From assembly GCA_038880755.1 (NCBI GenBank), contig JAVZRC010000005.1, positions 1 to 51,556 on the forward strand: 51,556 nucleotides of DNA, written 5' to 3'. The translations under genes were made by a program, and so were the position numbers. Below are positions 8,231 to 16,283 of this stretch, one piece after another. The notes under the pieces are model-generated. The model was not told the DNA's origin and did not search any database. It saw only the letters and a program-made list of their open reading frames with translations. Every line of letters begins with the position of its first letter. The first letter of the stretch is position 1. This stretch comes from Candidatus Micrarchaeia archaeon. Its GTDB lineage: Archaea; Micrarchaeota; Micrarchaeia; CABMEP01.

Positions 8231-9997
8231 TCATTCATTTGCCTTTTCTTCCTCTTTTGGTTTCTCTTCTTCAGTTAACAATTCTTCAAGGCCTTCTATT
8301 GTAAATTCTGTCTCGTATTTGCCTGTCTTTATATTTTCTAAATAGGCTTTAGCACGTCTTACGATTTGATAATAAAGGAATCCGATTTGAATTGTAAGTT
8401 TATCTTTAGTTTTTTCATCATTTACCTTGACCGCAGATTTATATTGTCTAAGGAGATTTTGGAGTTTTTCAATCATATTTTCATATTCTTCTTTGGTCAT
8501 TGCAATTTGCAATATCTCCTTATTTATTCTTTTATATCTTTTTGGCTTAATTTTGTCGACTAGGCCTGTTATGAATTTGGTCTTTTCTATATAATCCATT
8601 TTTCTGATTTCACTTAAATTAATGTCTCCTTTCTTTATTAATGATTCTACGCTCGGTTGCATTTTATTGAATGCTGCGATAATCTTAGATATATACAATC
8701 TATCAAGTTCAACCTTAGCTTTAATTAACGGTTGAATCTGTTCATTAGTTATCTCACTTGGAACATCCTTAGGTACTAATACCTTGACTAATTCACCTAC
8801 CTTTTCATCTAATCCCTTCTCTAATGATTGTATATTTACTGTTTTTGTTTCTTTATCAATATGCTTTTTATCTTTTATTTCATTTAACAAAGTTCTCTCT
8901 GCCTCTACCAATGTATTTCCAAGAACTTCCGGATCTAGATTGGTTGCAGTTGTTCCTGCTGTAGCAGAGATTATCTTATTTGTTACTTCAATAGCGGATG
9001 AAAGTTCTTCTCTATACATTCTTAATCTGTCCTTAAGATCTTGGATTTCTATTCTCTTGCGGAACTTTTCATCTGTCAATTTTCCTTTTGGATATGATGG
9101 TTGTGATTTAAGTTTTTCCTCTGTCTCTTTCATTTGCTTAGCCGCCCATTCTTTTCTTTGTTGAAGCCTATTAAGAATACCCTTATCTGTAACAAACTTA
9201 ACTAAATTTATTGATGCTTTAGAGGGATTTATATATGCCTGTCTCTGAATTTCTGTCAGAATTTTCTTTTCCTCTTTAGTCTCTACATATCTGTCTAATG
9301 CAGATGTCGCAGAGATTATTTTTGTAGAAGCAGGTACAGAATAAACCATCAAAGGAAGTTGTGGCGCTTTTGACCATTTGATCTTTTGTGGCTTTGGATA
9401 TGAAGGTCCTCTTGTTTTTGGAGTTGTTATATCTAAAGAAGCTAATGGGTCTCTACCTGAAGCGTACAATGCTGCAATTAATGTTCCGATGATAAGGAAT
9501 ATAATGAGCCAACTTGCGTCCACAAGGTCCTTAAGTGGCGGAATTGGAAATAGTTTTGGAATTGAAATTGTAAATTGAGATGGGGCATAAGTTGAATTAC
9601 CTTCGAATATAAAGAGAATTGAGGGATTAGATTCGCTTATTCTTCCAATACAACTTCCTCTTCCATCCTGAGCTGTTATGAATTCACAAACATATTTTTT
9701 ATCTTCTTGGTTGGCTGGATTGATTGAATAAACCAATATTTTGGCAGAGAGTATTGGTGAATACTTAAAATTATTAATTATTGTTGATGGATCTACATTT
9801 CCAGTTTCTAACTTTTCCTTTAAGGTTGTTCTATCTTCAGGAACTGAAATAGAAACAAGGGTTGCAGAAAAATTGTAATTATTATTTGTCTGTTCTTTTG
9901 CATCTGCATATAATATATATGTTGGCATTTTTGCTTGTGCCGCAATTAGACTGATGATGAATGTGGAGAACATTAAGATTTTAAGTAGGTTGCGCAT
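8231..9997 (-). CDS. bitopic membrane protein: signal peptide, extracellular beta domain, one TM helix, long charged helical cytoplasmic region
   Basis: Signal ...LIAAQA; TM WLIIFLIIGTLIAALYA; Lys/Glu-rich coiled-coil-like C-terminal two thirds. Confidence 0.6.
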   Translation of the reverse strand: MRNLLKILMFSTFIISLIAAQAKMPTYILYADAKEQTNNNYNFSATLVSISVPEDRTTLKEKLETGNVDPSTIINNFKYSPILSAKILVYSINPANQEDKKYVCEFITAQDGRGSCIGRISESNPSILFIFEGNSTYAPSQFTISIPKLFPIPPLKDLVDASWLIIFLIIGTLIAALYASGRDPLASLDITTPKTRGPSYPKPQKIKWSKAPQLPLMVYSVPASTKIISATSALDRYVETKEEKKILTEIQRQAYINPSKASINLVKFVTDKGILNRLQQRKEWAAKQMKETEEKLKSQPSYPKGKLTDEKFRKRIEIQDLKDRLRMYREELSSAIEVTNKIISATAGTTATNLDPEVLGNTLVEAERTLLNEIKDKKHIDKETKTVNIQSLEKGLDEKVGELVKVLVPKDVPSEITNEQIQPLIKAKVELDRLYISKIIAAFNKMQPSVESLIKKGDINLSEIRKMDYIEKTKFITGLVDKIKPKRYKRINKEILQIAMTKEEYENMIEKLQNLLRQYKSAVKVNDEKTKDKLTIQIGFLYYQIVRRAKAYLENIKTGKYETEFTIEGLEELLTEEEKPKEEEKANE

Positions 9998-10083
9998 ATA
10001 ATCACTCTAAACACATATAATATAAATAATATAATTTCATTTTTATATTTATTGATTCTTATTGGTTTACTTTTGTTTCACTC

Positions 10084-11301
10084 TTATATTAGTTTAACCA
10101 AACCTTCTGCAAACTCTTGTATATCTGCATTTAATATAATTCCGAAAGATTTGATAAAAGTATACGTAATAACTAATGATAAAACTGGGAATATAAAACC
10201 GAATACGAACAATTCTCCGACCAAAGCATTAGTGCTATCGTTTATTTCCATTGCAATCGCACTTACGCCTTCGCCACTGATTTTTATTATCATTGATGTT
10301 ATTTTTATAGGTAATGATGGAATACTGGTTACAAGATCTTGTATGCAAGAAAGTTGCATTGTTCCAGATGTCTCTAAAAATGAAATCTGTGATGAACCTT
10401 GCATTCCCATTGTCAGAAACAAGCTGAATGTGATAGGATAAATAAAATACAGGCCTAAAGCTATAGAAATAAACATATTACCTATAGATCGAACAAATGG
10501 GAAGCCTCTTAATACAATTCCTATTGGAAGAAATACAGTGAGCATTGTTTGCTGGATAAATGAAAGAAGATGCAATTGGAAATACAACGAGTATATTAAA
10601 TATGATAAATTAGACATTGCTCTATTTAAGGAAGTAAGAAATACACTGAAAGATGCGACCTTTAATTGCGAAGTAAATGTATTTCCAATAAAGAAACTAC
10701 TTATAACTTTAAATATAGAACCTACTTTAGACTGTGTTTCCACATTTTCTTTTTTGTCTATTCCAGTAAACACGAAGAATGGATATGCAATACAGAAAAC
10801 ATCTTGATATCTTTTGATTGCAAGCTTATTTAGTGAGGATAGATAAAAATCTGCGACTGAAAATGGAGAATAACCTTTTTGAGAAACATAATCTATAAGT
10901 TTTTCAGTGCCTGGCAGATTTATATTTTTAGATAGCAAAAATACAAATTCGCCTGACTTTGATGCCAGTACATCCACTACTGCTATTATAAAAACCGCCA
11001 ATAAAAGAGTGGATAACGCATAAAGAAACTCATATTTTGCAAATTTTTCAAGATCAGAAGACTGAAATAATTTAGAAAACATATAAGCAAGGGCTGCGAA
11101 CAAAAAAGAGATAGAAACCGCGATTAAGGCAATTAATTGCCAGGGAAATTCGGAAGAAGACCATACTTTATTGAACTCTTGTCCTGGACCAGATGTTTGA
11201 GCAAATATAATAGACACTAATAGTAAAAGAAAGAAAGCTGCTATTCTGAAGTTTGATTCCTTTGATTCATTTGTAAATGCTTTTTTATTGTAATTTTTCA
11301 T
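10084..11301 (-). CDS. polytopic membrane protein, paralog 6 of tandem family (CedA/VirB6-like?)
   Basis: Shared motifs ALAYMFSKLFQSSDLEKFAKYE, FLPIGIVLRGFPFVRSIGNMFISIALGLYFIYP, C-terminal GIILNADIQ...LVKLI. Confidence 0.7.
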   Translation of the reverse strand: MKNYNKKAFTNESKESNFRIAAFFLLLLVSIIFAQTSGPGQEFNKVWSSSEFPWQLIALIAVSISFLFAALAYMFSKLFQSSDLEKFAKYEFLYALSTLLLAVFIIAVVDVLASKSGEFVFLLSKNINLPGTEKLIDYVSQKGYSPFSVADFYLSSLNKLAIKRYQDVFCIAYPFFVFTGIDKKENVETQSKVGSIFKVISSFFIGNTFTSQLKVASFSVFLTSLNRAMSNLSYLIYSLYFQLHLLSFIQQTMLTVFLPIGIVLRGFPFVRSIGNMFISIALGLYFIYPITFSLFLTMGMQGSSQISFLETSGTMQLSCIQDLVTSIPSLPIKITSMIIKISGEGVSAIAMEINDSTNALVGELFVFGFIFPVLSLVITYTFIKSFGIILNADIQEFAEGLVKLI

Positions 11302-11334
11302 ACCTTCACTTCCTTTTTTTATTATTTTTAAAAT

Positions 11335-12903
11335 TTATATTAACCTCCATATGCTTGCTGTCTCAATCTCCTGTCCAAGAGCTTGAGATAGATCTGATGT
11401 TGCCTTCGCTATTATAGTTAGATTTAATAACAGCAATACTATACCTACTATAAATGTTATCACTATATCCTTAAATAGATAATCAAATGCCTTATCTATA
11501 TAGGTCTTTCCTTCGTTATCTCCAAAATTAAATCTAGATAGCTCTAACTCTGTTATTATTTGCTGCACATCTTCAGGAATTATTGAACTAAATGCTGAAA
11601 CGCTAGCATAAATGGAATTTTGATCCTCTTCTGTAATTATACTTCTTCCACATACTTTATTTGGTGCTATACCTATACATCTTCTTGATATGCATTCTTC
11701 ATCAAACATACATGATTCTCCTATCTTCTTTAAGCTAGTACATGTTCTTACACCTGAAATATCTGTCTTGCAAAATGAAAGTACACAATCACTATCAAAG
11801 ATGCAGTTTTGACCAGGAAGCTTACCTAATTCACATCTTTTACTTGATGAATTTAAAATTAAACCTTTGCAGCAAGGTAATCCATCCGAAATAAATCCTT
11901 CAGAAACGCATTTTATACATCTTTTAGATGATGAATCACAAAATCCTGATTGACACTCAAAATCATTTCTACAGATCTCTCCTTCCTTTTTCATCGGATT
12001 ACATATTTTAATTCCAAGTGTAGAATTGTACTCACAGATATTAGAATAACAATCAGAATTATCCTGACATTGTAAACTGAGTGCTTTTATCGGTTCAGAT
12101 ATATAACTTCCGACTAACAAATTATTAAGTAATAATACTATTGGAATAAAGATGTATAATGCAATTCCTATGCCTAATAAACCTCCACCGAATTTTCTAA
12201 ATGGATATATCGACCTAAAAACTATTCCTATTGGAATAAAGAACTTTAAAGAAATTAAAGGCATGATTAACAAAATATTTATCATTACAAGAATAGCTAT
12301 ATATGCACTTGCAAGGGAAGAGAATATCAAAAGTGATGCATCTGAAAAATATGAGATTGGATTTATTAGCGCTCCAAATAATCCGCTCTTTGCTATTGAA
12401 CTGTCTAACTTGTATTCAAATGAAGAGATTAATGATAAGGAAGAGCCTAATGCGCCCATTTTTATAGCTGCACTTATTATATAATTCTTAACAGAAGATA
12501 AATAATTATAAGATGCAATATAAGGTGGATCATTCAAATTAAATATGGAAGAAATTATATCGCTGCACATAAATGTCTGAACTAGGAATACTAAGAAGAT
12601 TATAATGGCAAGAGTGAAAAAGAGCTGAAACATTTCTTCTTTAGCCTTATTTATAAATGAAGAATCTATTATCGATCCATAAAGATACAAGCCTGCAATA
12701 AAAACTGCACTCAACAATAATCCTATCGCTGATAAAACTCTCCAATCATCACTAGTAAGTGTAAATTCGCATGCCTCCTTATTCAAATCTTCTATTTTCT
12801 TAGCCTTTTCTATTTGCGTTGACTGGGCAAAAATAGATGTAACTAGAAATAGAAATAAAAAGATGAATATTTTTTTACTTTTTATTAAATCGATTCCTTC
12901 CAC
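11335..12903 (-). CDS. polytopic membrane protein, paralog 5, with 20-Cys extracellular repeat insert
   Basis: Shared motifs AGLYLYGSIIDSSFINKAKEE, FIPIGIVFRSIYPFRKFGGGLLGIGIALYIFIP, ALGQEIETASIWRLI; GTG start. Confidence 0.7.
   Translation of the reverse strand: MEGIDLIKSKKIFIFLFLFLVTSIFAQSTQIEKAKKIEDLNKEACEFTLTSDDWRVLSAIGLLLSAVFIAGLYLYGSIIDSSFINKAKEEMFQLFFTLAIIIFLVFLVQTFMCSDIISSIFNLNDPPYIASYNYLSSVKNYIISAAIKMGALGSSLSLISSFEYKLDSSIAKSGLFGALINPISYFSDASLLIFSSLASAYIAILVMINILLIMPLISLKFFIPIGIVFRSIYPFRKFGGGLLGIGIALYIFIPIVLLLNNLLVGSYISEPIKALSLQCQDNSDCYSNICEYNSTLGIKICNPMKKEGEICRNDFECQSGFCDSSSKRCIKCVSEGFISDGLPCCKGLILNSSSKRCELGKLPGQNCIFDSDCVLSFCKTDISGVRTCTSLKKIGESCMFDEECISRRCIGIAPNKVCGRSIITEEDQNSIYASVSAFSSIIPEDVQQIITELELSRFNFGDNEGKTYIDKAFDYLFKDIVITFIVGIVLLLLNLTIIAKATSDLSQALGQEIETASIWRLI
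11650..12069 (-). repeat. Cys-rich protein repeats: four C-x5-C-x4-C-x(7-10)-C modules around a central C..CC..C module
   Basis: CQDNSDCYSNIC, CRNDFECQSGFC, CIFDSDCVLSFC, CMFDEECISRRC; duplicated (D/N)SSSKRC. Confidence 0.85.
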
Positions 12904-12989
12904 GTAATCACACTCTATAATCGCTCATTACAATCAATTTTTATTATTAATTTGATCATTTCTAGTTAAATTTAAGATATACAAATTAC

Positions 12990-14132
12990 TCATAAATATT
13001 TAATTAAATCTCCAAACGATACATCTGAACCTAGCAAGGAACCTAATTCCCTTGCTATAACAACTGTTATAGTAAAATCTATGATCGGTATTAATGTAAA
13101 TAATATAAATGCGAATGCGGCTTCTGTAAATATTATAAATACAAAATTAAAAATATACTTGAAAGCAGAAAAACTGGCTGTGATAATGTTCTTTGAAGAT
13201 TTTTGCAAGCATTCTAAAAACTTGCCTGAAAATGTATCTCCGATTGTACATCCTTCTATACCTATTTGTTTATCCATTCTTGCACCTAAAATATCTCTCC
13301 AACTTTTATTCCCTGATAATCCTTCATTAAGTACTGCATCTACCATATTCTGGTTCAATAAGTAAGTCAATGGAAATACAATGTATAATGAAATTGCGAG
13401 AACTATCAAAAGATTTGCCACTTTTCTACTAAAGTTGAATATTCTAAAGAATAGACCGAATGGAAGAATGAAAACAAACGCGACATTCTCTACAAACTCT
13501 AAGAAATAAATTTGCATGGAATTAAGGGCATAAACAACACCAAATCCACTTATAGCTAGATCTATTATTTTTGTAATAGGATCAAAAAATGCATCCATAA
13601 CTCCACCGATGTCTATAGATACTACACTAAATACTGAAACAAACTTTGATATAAAATTGCTAATATCTGGGAGTGATGAAATACTCATACTCGTTACTAT
13701 TTTTCCTCCACCCAAAGCTGCTTTTTCTGAGATTAATCCACCCATAATAAACGTGAGATAGAACCTTACAGAATAAAGATAGCTCTTTGCATTTTCAATT
13801 GCTGGATTTGCTGCATTTGATGAAGAAAGATTGTATGCTTCAAAAACTATACTCTCTATTTTTAAAATTCCAAATATCAAAAAAACTATAAAGGAAAGTA
13901 CTATTATTTGATATAGTTCATTATTTGCCCAAGCACTAAGTTCCTTTACTCCAAATACTTTTGATAGCATGAAACCTAAAGCTACCAATGTTAGAGATAG
14001 AATTATTGCTGCTAAAACTGTTAATTCCCAAGGTACAGATCTTAGTGTTGGAATGTTTGTCTGCGGAACTTCTGCTGTTAAAATTGGAACTAAAAGAAAT
14101 AAAGCAAATACAACTGTTTTATTTAGATCCAT
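12990..14132 (-). CDS. polytopic membrane protein, paralog 4
   Basis: Shared motifs ALGFMLSKVFGVKELSAWANNELYQ, ILPFGLFFRIFNFSRKVANLLIVLAISLYIVFP, LLGSDVSFGDLIKYL. Confidence 0.7.
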   Translation of the reverse strand: MDLNKTVVFALFLLVPILTAEVPQTNIPTLRSVPWELTVLAAIILSLTLVALGFMLSKVFGVKELSAWANNELYQIIVLSFIVFLIFGILKIESIVFEAYNLSSSNAANPAIENAKSYLYSVRFYLTFIMGGLISEKAALGGGKIVTSMSISSLPDISNFISKFVSVFSVVSIDIGGVMDAFFDPITKIIDLAISGFGVVYALNSMQIYFLEFVENVAFVFILPFGLFFRIFNFSRKVANLLIVLAISLYIVFPLTYLLNQNMVDAVLNEGLSGNKSWRDILGARMDKQIGIEGCTIGDTFSGKFLECLQKSSKNIITASFSAFKYIFNFVFIIFTEAAFAFILFTLIPIIDFTITVVIARELGSLLGSDVSFGDLIKYL

Positions 14133-14155
14133 ATTCTCACTATATTACTTTTCAA

Positions 14156-15343
14156 TCAAATTAACTTGGATAATCCCGCTATATCTATATCTCCACCAAG
14201 GAATGAAGAAAATTCCTTTATGAATACCACTAGTGAATAAATTGAAATTATAAATGGAACAAACATCCACATGGACAAGAAAGCTATATTATCTAGAAAA
14301 CCATTAGGGAGAATTGAACTAAAGAACATATAAGATATAAAATCAGTGCTAACTTCCTGCCCTCCCATATTTCCTTTAATGTTTACAATCATGTTGAATA
14401 AATTTATTGAAAATTGAGCCACTTTTTTCACTGAATCAACTATACTTGTGTAGCTAGATTTGCTTGAAAGCCATTCAACCTGATTTTCTTGAATACCTGA
14501 ATCCAGACTTGGAAGATTAGTAACAAATCCGCTGTCATCAGACAAATATATTACATTAGAATTTGGATTTGGTGAAACAATTGAAAATGAAAGCAATAGC
14601 AAGAAAGGATAAACAAAGAATGAACCAATTGCTATGCTTAATAACAATCCTCCAACACCTCTCAATAGAGATATGGAGCGCATTGCAACTCCTGCAATCA
14701 AAAACATTGGAAATAATGCAACTGAACTAAATACTAGGAAAAGTTGATTTACTTTTATAAGTATAAGTAAATTCGTTCCGAATGTAATGAAGTTTTTATA
14801 AATATCTAATATAGGGGTTAATCCGGAAAATGGAGAAACTTGAAAACCTAATAATTGCATCTTGAAAGATGAAATCACACTAATCCAACCTATAGTACTG
14901 ATCTTGTTTCCTAAATAGAAACGAATAATGTCGTAATACTGACCTAATAATGAATTAGCTACTTCTATATGGCAATATCCTTGCTTGCACTCTTTTTGAA
15001 CAGATTCAAATTTTACTCCGCTTTGCGATCTTATTGACTCTGCAGTTATTTTTAATGTATTAAATGTACAGCTATCGCCACTGCATTGAAAATCTAGATT
15101 TGGCGCAATTAACGGAATTAGATTTAATGTAATATTATTAATTATAGCTAGAAATATGAATAAAGAGCCTATTATAAGAGCTGATGCAAAAACCTGATAT
15201 ATCTCATTTTGAGCCCATTTCTTAAAATTATCATTCTCTAAAGCCCTTGCTACCATATAGATTAAAGAAATGAATGTAAGAGTTATGAATAGGATTAAAA
15301 CTGCAACAGGAACCCACCATTCAAATAATATTTCAAATACCAT
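14156..15343 (-). CDS. polytopic membrane protein, paralog 3
   Basis: Shared motifs SLIYMVARALENDNFKKWAQNEIYQ, FLIAGVAMRSISLLRGVGGLLLSIAIGSFFVYP, FLGGDIDIAGLSKLI. Confidence 0.7.
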   Translation of the reverse strand: MVFEILFEWWVPVAVLILFITLTFISLIYMVARALENDNFKKWAQNEIYQVFASALIIGSLFIFLAIINNITLNLIPLIAPNLDFQCSGDSCTFNTLKITAESIRSQSGVKFESVQKECKQGYCHIEVANSLLGQYYDIIRFYLGNKISTIGWISVISSFKMQLLGFQVSPFSGLTPILDIYKNFITFGTNLLILIKVNQLFLVFSSVALFPMFLIAGVAMRSISLLRGVGGLLLSIAIGSFFVYPFLLLLSFSIVSPNPNSNVIYLSDDSGFVTNLPSLDSGIQENQVEWLSSKSSYTSIVDSVKKVAQFSINLFNMIVNIKGNMGGQEVSTDFISYMFFSSILPNGFLDNIAFLSMWMFVPFIISIYSLVVFIKEFSSFLGGDIDIAGLSKLI

Positions 15344-15366
15344 TTAATCACATCAGACTATCCATC

Positions 15367-16269
15367 CTATTTTATTTCAGAAAGAAACGTTGCGAATGAT
15401 GAAATAAATGCGATTGTTATAGTAAGATTAAGTGCTGGAAGCACAAGTGCTTGAGGGAATAATAATGAAAATTCATCAAAATACTTAAATATATTGATAA
15501 TATCAGATGACAACTTAAATGTTTCAATTGGATTAACTTGAACTGAAACTAGTTCGCCAAAGTTAGGCTCAATTATTTTATATACCGAATAATTCATAAC
15601 ATACATAAGTGGAAACACGACGTAAAGGCCGAATGCGAATGCTATCAAATAAGAACCTCCTTTCCTTAATCCTGGAATTGCTCTTAGAATCATCCCTATT
15701 GGAAGTATTAGCGTCAAAGCAAATGCTTCTGCTAACTGAATGAATACCATCTGCGCCTGCAAACTTCCTATTAGTATTTGAAATATTCCTGTAAATATGC
15801 CGAGCATCTTACTAAGCGGTTTTAATATAGCTGTTGGTTTGACTTTTACATCTGCCTGTTCTAAAAGTTTAGAAGATTTGCCAATTTTGAACTTGCTTTC
15901 AACGGAGGATATTGAATCCAAAATAAGAGAGGAAGCCCAAACTCTTTGTATGGCTGGTATTCCTTTCTTATAAATAAGTGTATTAAGATAATCATATGAT
16001 GCTGAAAATTGATCTCCGTAACCTATTACATCTTTAACTACGTATGGAGTAACCTGACATACAATTGAAGAAAGGCCAGCAACACCTATTACTATTAAAA
16101 ATGAAATGAAAAACTCTGAAAGTTCTTTCTTTGCCAATGACTCGAGCTCACTCTTTGTAAGTATTCTTCCTAAAGCATAAAGAAAAGCAATCAATGAGAT
16201 TGTAAGTGCTGACGCTGCCCCTATATACATCCATACATCAAATACAGCCTGACAAGTACTTACAACCAT
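15367..16269 (-). CDS. polytopic membrane protein, paralog 2 (minimal member)
   Basis: Shared motifs AFLYALGRILTKSELESLAKKELSE, ILPIGMILRAIPGLRKGGSYLIAFAFGLYVVFP; lacks the terminal LGG tail. Confidence 0.7.
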   Translation of the reverse strand: MVVSTCQAVFDVWMYIGAASALTISLIAFLYALGRILTKSELESLAKKELSEFFISFLIVIGVAGLSSIVCQVTPYVVKDVIGYGDQFSASYDYLNTLIYKKGIPAIQRVWASSLILDSISSVESKFKIGKSSKLLEQADVKVKPTAILKPLSKMLGIFTGIFQILIGSLQAQMVFIQLAEAFALTLILPIGMILRAIPGLRKGGSYLIAFAFGLYVVFPLMYVMNYSVYKIIEPNFGELVSVQVNPIETFKLSSDIINIFKYFDEFSLLFPQALVLPALNLTITIAFISSFATFLSEIK

Positions 16270-16283
16270 TTAATCCCTCATAT

